Assembly (NCBI GenBank): GCA_964384625.1
Contig: CAYLNH010000008.1
Coordinates: 629 to 64,628, forward strand
Direction: 5' to 3'
DNA length: 64,000 bases
Source of the DNA: an uncultured Lentisphaerales bacterium
GTDB taxonomy: Bacteria > Verrucomicrobiota > Lentisphaeria > JABSQK01
Positions 1-8,654 of this stretch are shown piece after piece. The translations under genes and the position numbers were made by a program. How positions within the stretch are numbered: the first letter of the stretch is position 1; the number at the start of each line of letters is the position of its first letter. The notes below the pieces were generated by a model that was not told the origin of the DNA, made no database searches, and saw nothing but the letters and a program-made list of their open reading frames with translations.

Positions 1-612
1 GTTCGTGAAGATCAGACAGGTCTTGCTCTTGCTCACCGCGCCCGTCAGCTTGCGCAGCGCCTGCGACATCAACCGGGCCTGCAGGCCGACATGGCTGTCG
101 CCCATCTGCCCCTCGATCTCGGCCCGCGGTACCAGCGCCGCAACCGAGTCGACCACCACGATGTCCAACGCGTTCGAACGGATCAGCGTCTCCGCGATGT
201 TCAAAGCGTCCTCGCCGCAGTCCGGCTGGCTCACCAGGAGGTCCTTCGTGTTGACGCCGATGACTTCCAGATAGCGCGGGTCGAGGGCGTGCTCGACGTC
301 GATGAAGGCGGCGATCCCGCCGGCCTTCTGGGCGTTGGCCACAATGTGGGAACACAGCGTACTCTTGCCGCTGGACTCCGGACCGTACACCTCGACGATG
401 CGCCCCCGGGGCACGCCGCCGATGCCGAGCGCCAGGTCCAGCGAGAGAGCGCCGGTCGAGATCGTGCGGACATTGGCCGCCGCCGTCTCGTCGCCCAGCC
501 GCATGACCGTGCCGCTGCCGTATTCGCGTTCAATCTGCCCCAACGCCACCTCGAGATTTTTGTCACTCGGGCCCGTGGCAATCTTCCTTGTCGTCGCCTT
601 CTTCTTTGCCAT
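1..612 (-). CDS. recA: Recombinase RecA, N-terminal 204 codons (C-terminus lies outside the window)
   Basis: Minus frame is open from the window edge to the ATG at 610-612. Translation: [42 protein letters not shown]...[17 protein letters not shown] (Walker A)...[14 protein letters not shown]...LIFTN. Absent from the ORF track because it runs off the edge. Confidence 0.97.
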   Translation of the reverse strand, partial: MAKKKATTRKIATGPSDKNLEVALGQIEREYGSGTVMRLGDETAAANVRTISTGALSLDLALGIGGVPRGRIVEVYGPESSGKSTLCSHIVANAQKAGGIAAFIDVEHALDPRYLEVIGVNTKDLLVSQPDCGEDALNIAETLIRSNALDIVVVDSVAALVPRAEIEGQMGDSHVGLQARLMSQALRKLTGAVSKSKTCLIFTN

Positions 613-735
613 TCACAAGTCTCCTGCTGTCCGTGAATTAGAACTTGATCTCAGCCTCAAATGCGGTCTGCCGCCCCATCGAGTCCCAGCCCGGAATCAA
701 CGCACCGCGCGCACCCCGGACCGAGCATGAGATTT

Positions 736-763
736 ATTATAATAGATGTTAGCCATTTATCAA
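736..763 (-). promoter_or_regulatory. Near-consensus sigma70-type promoter upstream of recA
   Basis: Minus strand reads TTGATA (763-758), a 16-nt spacer, then TATAAT (741-736), in an AT-rich patch about 120 nt upstream of the recA ATG. Confidence 0.5.
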
Positions 764-814
764 CAGCTATTCCCGCTTTTTCCCGGGAAAATGGACTTGC
801 GCCCGGGCCGGCAT

Positions 815-1525
815 TCATCCCGCCCGCCCGCCGCCCCGGTAGTAGGCCGGGTAGTCCGGAATCAGCAGCCGTACCGGCGCCTCGTCCTCGTCGATGGCCG
901 GGAAGCGGCCGCAGGCGGGCACGAAACAATTGTCGGTGTTGTCGTCGTTGACCCGGCTGACCTCGCCGACCAGCACCAGGCCTTTGCCGGCGGCACCCCA
1001 GAATTTGTGGAAATGACCCGGCTCCAGGGTCACCGATTCGCCGGGTTTCAGCGTGATGGCGGCGCCGGCCTGAACCGTGACGGCAACCGCGTCCTTCTTC
1101 AGGTGGATCTCACCGTCTTCCGTCGGTGTCTGATCGCCGTTGTCGCCCCAGAGCTGGATGACCAGCTCGCCGCCGCCGCGGTTGATGATGTCTTCCGTTT
1201 TGAACGGGTGCGTATGGCGCGGGGTCACCTGGCCTTCGCGCACGATCATGATTTTCTCGGCATAGACCTTGCCGCTGCCGGCGGCCACGTCTGCCTGGGT
1301 GCCGTTGCGCAAGGTGAACAGAAATAGCCCGCAGGCGTTGAAGTCGCCGCTGCCGAAATCGGTGATGTCCCAGCCCAGGCTCTGCTTGACGATGTCGGCG
1401 CAGTCCAGACCTTTCTGCTTCCATTCCTCCGGCGTCCAATGGGCGAACGGCGGCAGTTTGAAATTCATGTCATCCAGGAACTGCATGCCCTGACGGATAA
1501 TCTCGTTGACTTCGGATCGCTTCAT
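815..1525 (-). CDS. D-lyxose/D-mannose ketol-isomerase family (cupin) sugar isomerase
   Basis: 236 aa. MKRSEVNEIIRQGMQFLDDMNFKLPPFAHWTPEEWK...GWDITDFGSGDF...YAEKIMIVREGQVTPRHTHPFKTEDIINRGGG closely matches my recollection of the YdaE-type D-lyxose isomerase family. Confidence 0.85.
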   Translation of the reverse strand: MKRSEVNEIIRQGMQFLDDMNFKLPPFAHWTPEEWKQKGLDCADIVKQSLGWDITDFGSGDFNACGLFLFTLRNGTQADVAAGSGKVYAEKIMIVREGQVTPRHTHPFKTEDIINRGGGELVIQLWGDNGDQTPTEDGEIHLKKDAVAVTVQAGAAITLKPGESVTLEPGHFHKFWGAAGKGLVLVGEVSRVNDDNTDNCFVPACGRFPAIDEDEAPVRLLIPDYPAYYRGGGRAG

Positions 1526-1609
1526 CTCAGGTTCCGTACGTTGTCTTCAGACCATCTTCGTGTGCCAAACAGCAAACTTATGCGGCATTCCCACAAAACC
1601 AGTCAAGTT

Positions 1610-1644
1610 CTCGTGTCTCGTGTCTCGTGTCTCGTGTCCCGTGT
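1610..1644. repeat. Tandem heptamer microsatellite: CTCGTGT x4 followed by CCCGTGT
   Basis: Read directly from the sequence. Lies between the sppA stop (1653) and the isomerase start (1525). Confidence 0.95.
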
Positions 1645-1652
1645 CTTGCGCA

Positions 1653-2774
1653 TCAGAACACATGCGGGCTGAGAAAATACAGTCGGCCGGGACGCAGCAT
1701 GCGCTGTTCCGCCGGCAGCATCTGCTGCAGCATGCCGGGCGGGGTCTTGGTCGCCTTCATGGTCAGCAGATCCAGGAAGGACGGCATCTTCTCGTAGCGG
1801 ACGACCTTGTGGTCGCCGGTCTTGCGGGCATACTTGATCGCATCTTCCAGGAAACCGAGTTCGTCGACCAGCTTGAGTTTCCTGGCTTGCGTGCCGGAGA
1901 GGATCCGGGAGTCGCCGATCGGTGCGGCCTTCACCGTCTCCACCGGGAGTTTGCGGCCTTTGGCGACGATCTGGACGAAATCCTCGTAGACCTCGTCCAC
2001 CAGCCCCTGGAAGATCTCGTCCTCCTTCTGTTTGCGGGTGATCGCCTCCTCGTCGGAAGGCGTCGGGTCGGCCATCGGATTGCCGATGTCCTTCAGTTCG
2101 CCGCGATGGTAGCTGTCGCTCTTGACGCCGACCTTCTGCATCAGGCCGTGGACGTTGAGGTCCGGCCACATGACGCCGATGCTGCCGGTAATCGTCATGC
2201 GGTGGGCGACGATGTAGTCGGTGCCGGCGGCCAGATAGTAGCCGCCGCTGGCGGCGACGGACCGCATGTAGGTGATCACGGTGATGTCGTCGCGGAGTTT
2301 GAGGATCTCGTTGTAGATTTCGTCGGTGGCGATGACTTCGCCGCCCGGCGTGTCCATTTCCAGGATAATGGCGACCACATCCTGGTCGTCTTCGGCCTTA
2401 TGCAGCTGCTTGATAATGCTCTTTGCCCCGGCGTCGGCCAAACCGCCTTCGCCGCCGTGAATCACGCCGGCCACGGGGATGATGACGACCTTGTTCCCGG
2501 ACGTCCCCTTTTTGACCACGGTTTCCTGCACCGGGATCTGGCCGGGGGAACCGCCGCCGCCGCCCATGGCGATTGCGACGACCATGATGACGCCGCCGAT
2601 CATGAGCAGGATAATTGCCAGCGCGAAGAGGATAAACGTAATGCCGGCGCGTTTCTTGCGGCGCGGCGGCGGCGGCAGGCCGTTCGGCATGGCGCCCGGC
2701 GGCGGAATGCTGTAACCCTCCGCAGGCGGCGGATTCGATCCGTTCCGGTTCGGGTTCTGATGGTTCATGCTCAT
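1653..2774 (-). CDS. sppA: Signal peptide peptidase SppA (36K type)
   Basis: Has an N-terminal TM segment and the ...MRSVAASGGYYLAAGTDYIVAHRMTITGSIGV... S49 peptidase core. Start moved to MSMNHQN (2774), in frame with track ORF 1653..2840. The exact start is uncertain. Confidence 0.88.
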   Translation of the reverse strand: MSMNHQNPNRNGSNPPPAEGYSIPPPGAMPNGLPPPPRRKKRAGITFILFALAIILLMIGGVIMVVAIAMGGGGGSPGQIPVQETVVKKGTSGNKVVIIPVAGVIHGGEGGLADAGAKSIIKQLHKAEDDQDVVAIILEMDTPGGEVIATDEIYNEILKLRDDITVITYMRSVAASGGYYLAAGTDYIVAHRMTITGSIGVMWPDLNVHGLMQKVGVKSDSYHRGELKDIGNPMADPTPSDEEAITRKQKEDEIFQGLVDEVYEDFVQIVAKGRKLPVETVKAAPIGDSRILSGTQARKLKLVDELGFLEDAIKYARKTGDHKVVRYEKMPSFLDLLTMKATKTPPGMLQQMLPAEQRMLRPGRLYFLSPHVF

Positions 2775-3379
2775 GGGGGATGACCTCCGAAAACACCAGT
2801 GAAAATTCAGGCGGCCCGGATCACCATGATCCGGGATCATACACTATCCAGTCCCCCGGCCAGATCAAGGCAACCGGATCTGCCCGGCGGAAGTCGCATA
2901 CGTACTCGACGAATCACGTGTCGCCGGCAGCCGGGAAGCCCCCGGCTCGAACTCCTGCGAGCGGGGGATTCAGGATCGGTCACCGGCACACAGAGCCCTG
3001 CCCCTCCCGTTTCGGCCCCCCGCACGGCCGGGAAAGGAACGCGAATAGCGGGGACCTCCTTCCCCGTCTCGCTCACAGCCCACTCCAGAGCGGTCTTGAA
3101 CTGCTGTTCCCCGTTCGCAGCTCTGGCCCCGGGCCGGCGACGGTGGTATTCTGCAGCTCACTGACCAGAACCCCGACAAGGAAGAGCCTGTCGGTGGTGG
3201 ACAGCGGCTTTGGCCACTACACCCCGCCCGGCCGGCATGACTCACCGTCGTAACCCCTCGTTTACTGCCGTTCGCGGTCCGCATAGAGATCCCGCACCCT
3301 CTTGAGCGCCGAAGCTTCGGCGTAGGAGCTTGCGGTGCGGAGTTTCAGGATCGGTCACCTGCAACACACGGCCGCCTTG

Positions 3380-3439
3380 AACCCCGTGTTCCTGCCGCTC
3401 TGGTCGACATGCCGACCAGAGCGGCAGGAACACGGGGTT
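3380..3439. repeat. Perfect 27-bp inverted repeat with a 6-nt spacer (hairpin)
   Basis: 3380-3406 (AACCCCGTGTTCCTGCCGCTCTGGTCG) pairs base for base with 3413-3439. I checked all 27 pairs. Confidence 0.97.
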
Positions 3440-3641
3440 GGGTGTGCCGCGGATTCATGTCAGTGACTGATCCTCAAGTGCCGCAGGTCAAGCCTGCGGG
3501 ATGCGAAGGAGGGCAGTAGTCGAGGCCATGACTCACCGTCGGCCCCTGGCTTGATGCCGCCCCGACACCATGCTACCATTCAGCTTGGCGGTGCTGTAAT
3601 ACACCGACACCAGGCAGGACCATCAACGAGGAGCAAGTAAT

Positions 3642-3920
3642 ATGGTTACCGCAATTGTCGCGCTGAAAGTCGTCCGCGAACGCGTAAACGAAATCGCCTC
3701 GCAACTGTCGGAAATGCCCAATATTACCGAAGTCTACTCGGTAACCGGGCGCTACGACCTGATCGCCCTGGTGCGGGCCGCCAACAATGAAGCCATGGCC
3801 GATACCGTAACCGGTTCCATGCTCAAGGTGGAAGGCATCGTCGACAGCGAAACCATGCTCGCATTTCGCTCGTACTCCCGCCACGACCTTGAGGGCATGT
3901 TCGCCATCGGCGTTGATTGA
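3642..3920 (+). CDS. Stand-alone Lrp/AsnC-type ligand-binding (RAM) domain protein
   Basis: 92 aa: MVTAIVALKV...ITEVYSVTGRYDLIALVRAANNEAMADTV...VEGIVDSETMLAF, the typical AsnC_trans_reg fold pattern. GGAG lies 8 nt upstream of the ATG. Confidence 0.75.
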   Translation: MVTAIVALKVVRERVNEIASQLSEMPNITEVYSVTGRYDLIALVRAANNEAMADTVTGSMLKVEGIVDSETMLAFRSYSRHDLEGMFAIGVD

Positions 3921-4117
3921 GTCAATAGATCTTGACATGCTGCAGTGCATCGGTTCGCCGGTACAGTGATGCTCGACGCGGTCATTGGGCATGTTCCGGC
4001 GCGTCGACTGCCGGCAGCCGAAACTCCGGTGCGCGGAAAGGGCGCGCCCGAAGCAGGGATGAATTTCGTGCTTGCCCCGCTTTACGGGGGTCCCGCCGGC
4101 GCCGCCGGCTCCGACAT

Positions 4118-4164
4118 CCCTCAATCTGAAATCTCGAATCACAAACCTGAAATCTGAAATTCCC
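4118..4164 (+). repeat. Tandem-heptamer leader element, copy 1
   Basis: Sequence is CCCTCAATC, then TGAAATC TCGAATC ACAAACC TGAAATC TGAAATT, then CCC. Homologous in architecture to the minus-strand element at 22521-22563. Same orientation as the downstream FHA gene. Confidence 0.85.
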
Positions 4165-4285
4165 TCCTCTTTCGCTTTACTCCAGACGCAATATGTGTTC
4201 TTTATAAAGAATTGTCTGCCGCGGCTTCGGGAACGCCCGGCAGGCTCTGCCGCAAAGAGAATCATAGAAATGGAGCTGGGTAACC

Positions 4286-5443
4286 ATGGGCAGCAATGGT
4301 GGTGCAACGTTCGGGCAAGAAGAAGGGACCGACGAGGAATACGTGTCGCCGGCCATCGAGCATGCAAGGAAAAGACGGGAACAGACGCTCGGCGAAAAGA
4401 CGGTCTCCGGCAGATTCATCGGCGATCCGGATGTCGGCCCCGGAAAAAAGGTCTCCCTCAACCTGATCACCCGCGGGGCGCTCAGCACGCATGAGTTCGA
4501 CGACAGCAAGTCTGCCGTTTTCATCGGCACCGACCCGGAGGAAGCCGACATCGTGCTGTCGGATCCAACCCTGTCAAAAAAGCAGCTCGCCGTGATGCGG
4601 GTTGGCAACGACTACATCCTCGCCGACTGCGGCGTGAAAGATATGACCAGCTTCAACGGCATTCCCTGTCGCCAGGCCGTGTGCGGCATCGGCGGCATGT
4701 GCGTGGTCAACATCAATGAGCAAACAATCATCTTCGATGCGGCCAGGAGAAAGGCCGCAAGAAACGCCGTCGGCATCCGGTTCGGACTGGGCGTTGACGA
4801 ACCACTGAAGTCTGCCGGCAAGTGTCAGATCACTTTGACGATCGCTCACCAGGGGTACAGAATGGGGATTGACCCGCTCGTTGTCGGGTCTTGCGCGGCC
4901 TGCAACCTGTGTCTCTCCGATACCCGCCTCCGGCCTTTCCATGCCATGTTCCATTGGACGCCCGAGGGTTTCGCGGTGACCCGACTCTCAAGGGACACCG
5001 TCAAAGTCAACAGCGTCGACATCGACAAGTCCAGGCTCCTGTCACTCACGGATCGGGTGCAGATCGGCGGCGCCAACTTCACGCTGAACGTCAATGGCAA
5101 TCCGGCCGAAGAAGCCGCGGCCATGTTTGCGGATCATGATTGGAGCCATCAGGATTTCCGCTTTTCCCCGTTGCCCGAATCGATCTCTCCGGCATTCGAC
5201 CTGTCCGGCGACTGCGGCTCGATCTTCGTCGGCCGCAGTGAGGAAGCGGATATCACGCTGGACGACTCCGGCGTCTCCCGCGACCATCTGCAGCTCATCC
5301 CATCCGGCAAGACGGTGATGGTGTTGGACAACTACTCGGCCAACGGCACCTACGTCAACGGCGAGCAAGTCAACAAAGCCCGTATCCGCCCCGGCGACTG
5401 TGTCGAAATCGGCCGCAGCATTTTCTGCCTGCACTACCACTGA
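4286..5443 (+). CDS. FHA domain protein: one canonical C-terminal FHA plus two degenerate FHA-like modules
   Basis: The C-terminus IFVGRSEEADITLDDSGVSRDHLQLI...NGTYVNGEQV is a canonical FHA. VFIGTDPEEADIVLSDPTLSKKQLAV and LVVGSCAACNLCLSDTRLRPFHAMF follow the same pattern with altered key residues. Confidence 0.8.
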   Translation: MGSNGGATFGQEEGTDEEYVSPAIEHARKRREQTLGEKTVSGRFIGDPDVGPGKKVSLNLITRGALSTHEFDDSKSAVFIGTDPEEADIVLSDPTLSKKQLAVMRVGNDYILADCGVKDMTSFNGIPCRQAVCGIGGMCVVNINEQTIIFDAARRKAARNAVGIRFGLGVDEPLKSAGKCQITLTIAHQGYRMGIDPLVVGSCAACNLCLSDTRLRPFHAMFHWTPEGFAVTRLSRDTVKVNSVDIDKSRLLSLTDRVQIGGANFTLNVNGNPAEEAAAMFADHDWSHQDFRFSPLPESISPAFDLSGDCGSIFVGRSEEADITLDDSGVSRDHLQLIPSGKTVMVLDNYSANGTYVNGEQVNKARIRPGDCVEIGRSIFCLHYH

Positions 5444-5625
5444 GGCTGCGCTGCAGCTTCATTCCCCGCGAAGCGGCACGACCAGCACAACGCAGCACGA
5501 CACTCCGTGGCGTAACCCCGGCGTCGTGCAACGTCATTCCAAACAACACAACGCAGCGCAGGCTTCCAGCCCAATGGCCGGCAAGCGAACCATAGTCTGA
5601 CCCCTGTTTCTCCCGGCAATTGTCT

Positions 5626-6438
5626 CTATCCACTGCGGCGGACATTACGGCGGTAGGCGGCCGGCGGGATCTGGTGGTATCGGCGAAAGACCTTGCTCAA
5701 GTGGTTACGGTCGGCAAACCCGGTTTCGTCGGCGACCTCGTCGATCGAGTATTCGGAATGCGCCAGCAGCAGGCCGGCCCGTCGCAGCCGCATCTGCAGA
5801 TACCAGCGTTGCGGCGGCGTCCCGGTCTCGCGACCGAACAGGTTGATAAAGGCATTCGTATTCATTCCCAGTTCCGCCGCCAGTTCCGGATTGGTCAAAA
5901 CCCGGTCCGGGCTGTTCCGCATCAGACGAATCGCCTGCTGCACCCGTCGCGATTGCGGCTGCGGCTTGAGACGGTCCGCCGGCACGTGCTGCAGCGCGTG
6001 CAGACATAGCCCGAGCACCGCGGCGGTGTCACGGTACGCGGTTTCTTCCGACCGCTCGGGTCCGGACATCAACGCCTTCAACGCCTGCCGCACACCGGTG
6101 TGCGACGGCAGGATATAGACATCCGGTTCGACGCGATCAAACGGGGGCGACGCCGTGAAATGGATATAAAGCTGGCGCGCGTCGCCGGTCGCCTGCCCGG
6201 TACACGGAGACATCGGCGGGATCGCAGCCAGCTTCCCGGGCGGCAGCGGAACCCGGTGCGATTCGAAATCGACCGCCAACCCCGGGTCAAGGTTGTAGTA
6301 CAGCCGCCAGAACGGGTGGCACAGGCTCAAGCCCCACCACTGGTTCAGCGTCACCAACCGGCAAACCATCGGGTTCACTTTCAGCCCCGGCAGTTCCCGG
6401 GAGAAATGTCGGAAATACGCCATATGAGAAATATACAT
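5626..6438 (-). CDS. AraC family transcriptional regulator
   Basis: The C-terminus carries the AraC HTH: ...LAAELGMNTNAFINLFGRETGTPPQRWYLQMRLRRAGLLLAHSEYSIDEVADETGFADRNHLSKVFRRYHQIPPAAYRR. Only the 3' ~271 codons of track ORF 5626..8094 are credible. Start is MYISHMAYF (6438, or 6423). Confidence 0.85.
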   Translation of the reverse strand: MYISHMAYFRHFSRELPGLKVNPMVCRLVTLNQWWGLSLCHPFWRLYYNLDPGLAVDFESHRVPLPPGKLAAIPPMSPCTGQATGDARQLYIHFTASPPFDRVEPDVYILPSHTGVRQALKALMSGPERSEETAYRDTAAVLGLCLHALQHVPADRLKPQPQSRRVQQAIRLMRNSPDRVLTNPELAAELGMNTNAFINLFGRETGTPPQRWYLQMRLRRAGLLLAHSEYSIDEVADETGFADRNHLSKVFRRYHQIPPAAYRRNVRRSG

Positions 6439-6558
6439 AAAAAGAGTGGAAACCGCCATAGGTAATTGCGCACATTCGATCATAGTTATCGGCGAGCAAC
6501 CGGGACGTGTCGCGGCGCGGCCGGCACAGGTGAAACGAACCCAACAAGGAGTGGTCCG

Positions 6559-8577
6559 ATGGTCGATAAACAGAGCAAATTCTTCCAGCATATGCGCGCG
6601 GTGCATATGGATTTTCATATGCCGGAGTTCCCGTTGAACGCGATCAAGAACTTCAATGCGAAGGCGTTCGTCGACCATCTTGAACGCGGCAAGGTCAACA
6701 TGGTGGCGCTCTTTTCGAAGTGTCATTTCGGCAACAGCTTCTTCAACACGCGCACGGGGCACAAACATTCCGGCCTGGAGCCGGATTTTCTGATGGAGGC
6801 CGCCGCCGAGTGCCGCAAACGCGGGATCTTCACCTACGCCTACTACTCCCTTTGCACTGATGTTCACGCCTACCGGGAGCACGAAAACTGGCGCTACATC
6901 AAACGCGACGGCACGCCCACCGGCATTTACGGCGCCTGGGCCCGCCTCTGTCTGAACACACCGTATAAGGAGGAGCTGGTCATCCCGCAGCTTGAGGAGG
7001 TCATCCGGGACTACCCCGTCGATGCGCTCTGGCTGGACATCCCCGTAGCCGCAGCAAATGACGGCTGCTTCTGCGACAGCTGCCGGAAGAAGTACCGGGC
7101 GCTGTACAACCGGGACATCGACGAGATCTCCGTTCAGGACGGCATCACCTGGAACTACGACGCCTGCACCAAGCTGATTCGCGAGCTGCGCCATCTGATC
7201 AAGAAACACGACGCCGACAAGTTGATCTGTTCCAATCGCTCCGGCCATCTGGAAGCGCCGATGACCTTTACCGAAGCCAACGACATTCTCTGCTGGGAGA
7301 GCCAGCCGCGGAACAATTATCTGTCGCACAGCTTCACCGCGCGTCATGTCCGCACGCTGAACCGCCCGTGCCAGGTGATGTCGGTCCGCTTCTATCAGGG
7401 CTGGGGCGATCTGACGCTGAAGCCGGCCGCCCAGATGACCACCGAGTTCGCCGCGATGATCGGCAACGGCGTCGCCGCCACCAGCGGTGACCAGGTCAAC
7501 GTCGACGGCACGCTGCAGCCGGCCGTCTACGAGATGTTCAACGAATCCTTCGGCTTTGTCGAGCCGCGCGAGGACCTCCTGCGGCAAGCGCATTCGGTGA
7601 AGGACACCGCCCTGCTGGCGCCGGTGCCGGATCGCACCAGGGTCGCCATGCGGGCGCTGGAAGATCCGGTTCGCGGCGCCCACAAGATGCTCGTGGAAGG
7701 CCATGTCCAGCATGACATTCTCAGCGCGCTGGAGACCGCCGCCTACGGCGACTACCGAACCATCGTTCTGCCGGAGCCGGGCGATTACGCCCCGGACCAG
7801 ATCGACGCCCTGCGCGACTGGGTCAAAGCCGGCGGCACGCTGATTGCGGCGGGCACGTCGGTCATCCGCGACGGCGAGTTTCTGCTGCCGGACGTGTTCG
7901 GTCTCGACTACATCGAACCCAGTGTCTTCAGTGTCAGCCATTTCAAGCCGCATGACGCGGTGCGCGGGGACACGTACGACCTGGTGCTGCAGTGCCGGGC
8001 ATTGACCCAGAAAGTGATCGCCGACGGCGCCGAGATCCTGGCCGACTACTATGAACCGCAGGGCGAGAGCACAAACTTGCGGGCGTTCCGCCACAACACC
8101 TGCGCCCCGCCGGCCGACGACGTCTCACCTTATCCGTTTGCCACCGTGAATACCTTCGGCAAAGGCAGGGCCGTGTATATCTGCGGCTCGATCTTCCAGG
8201 CGTACTGGACCTACAACCATCACTGGCTGCGGCAGTTCTTTGCCGGGCTCTGCGACCATCTGCAGCCGCAGCCGCTGTACCGCGTGGATCTGCCGACCAC
8301 CGTTGAGACCAACCTGATGCAGCTCGATAACGAAGACCTGCTGCTGAACCTGATCGACTACCAGGTCGGTCATCAAGCGAGCAACTCGGCGATCCCGTCC
8401 ATCGAGAACGTCCGGCCGTTCCACCAGGCGCCCTGCCGCGTCAAAGCCGACGACATCAAGGAGGTGATCCTGGAGCCGGCGGGCGACAGCATCCCCTTCG
8501 CCGCCAGGGACGGTTACGTCGAGTTCACGGTGCCGGAGTTCACCACGCTGGCAATGGTTCGGCTGGCGCGGCAGTAG
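6559..8577 (+). CDS. GHL6-type putative glycoside hydrolase with a beta-galactosidase-trimerisation-like domain
   Basis: MVDKQSKFFQHMRAVHMDFHMPEF...VNMVALFSKCHFGNSFF...RGIFTYAYYS...LCLNTPYKEELVIPQLEEVIRDYPVDALWLDI fits the GHL6 pattern. ...TIVLPEPGDYAPDQIDALRDWVKAGGTLIAAG fits a GH42M-like domain. AAGGAG lies 7 nt upstream of the ATG at 6559. Confidence 0.72.
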   Translation: MVDKQSKFFQHMRAVHMDFHMPEFPLNAIKNFNAKAFVDHLERGKVNMVALFSKCHFGNSFFNTRTGHKHSGLEPDFLMEAAAECRKRGIFTYAYYSLCTDVHAYREHENWRYIKRDGTPTGIYGAWARLCLNTPYKEELVIPQLEEVIRDYPVDALWLDIPVAAANDGCFCDSCRKKYRALYNRDIDEISVQDGITWNYDACTKLIRELRHLIKKHDADKLICSNRSGHLEAPMTFTEANDILCWESQPRNNYLSHSFTARHVRTLNRPCQVMSVRFYQGWGDLTLKPAAQMTTEFAAMIGNGVAATSGDQVNVDGTLQPAVYEMFNESFGFVEPREDLLRQAHSVKDTALLAPVPDRTRVAMRALEDPVRGAHKMLVEGHVQHDILSALETAAYGDYRTIVLPEPGDYAPDQIDALRDWVKAGGTLIAAGTSVIRDGEFLLPDVFGLDYIEPSVFSVSHFKPHDAVRGDTYDLVLQCRALTQKVIADGAEILADYYEPQGESTNLRAFRHNTCAPPADDVSPYPFATVNTFGKGRAVYICGSIFQAYWTYNHHWLRQFFAGLCDHLQPQPLYRVDLPTTVETNLMQLDNEDLLLNLIDYQVGHQASNSAIPSIENVRPFHQAPCRVKADDIKEVILEPAGDSIPFAARDGYVEFTVPEFTTLAMVRLARQ

Positions 8578-8654
8578 AAAACGGCGGTGCCCGCCGTTCC
8601 GGGAGGACTGCCGAGGTGTTTTCGCGGCACGTCGAACAGCAACCGGCACAGGGA

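Noticed and set aside
2775-3641. tmRNA, RNase P RNA, SRP RNA or tRNA in the two large non-coding regions (2775-3641 and 47279-48005)
   Set aside because: I searched both strands by eye for the conserved cores. These were GGGGNUGA...UUCGAC with a ...UCCACCA 3' end; GAGGAAAGUCCGGGC with ACAGAACCCGGCUUA; the GGAA-tetraloop SRP helix 8; and GGUUCGAAUCC-type T-arms. I found none. This is a manual check only, and a covariance-model scan is still needed.
3573-4367. 264-aa minus-strand ORF overlapping the RAM-domain gene and the heptamer element
   Set aside because: It has no recognisable domain and overlaps a well-formed plus-strand gene that has an RBS. It also spans AT-rich non-coding sequence.
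6439-8094. The N-terminal ~550 codons of the 822-aa minus-strand ORF 5626..8094 in the track
   Set aside because: Only the last ~271 codons form an AraC regulator. The upstream part has no recognisable domain and the Arg/Ala/Gly/Val-rich composition typical of antisense frames in high-GC DNA. It lies exactly opposite the well-supported GHL6 glycosidase gene.
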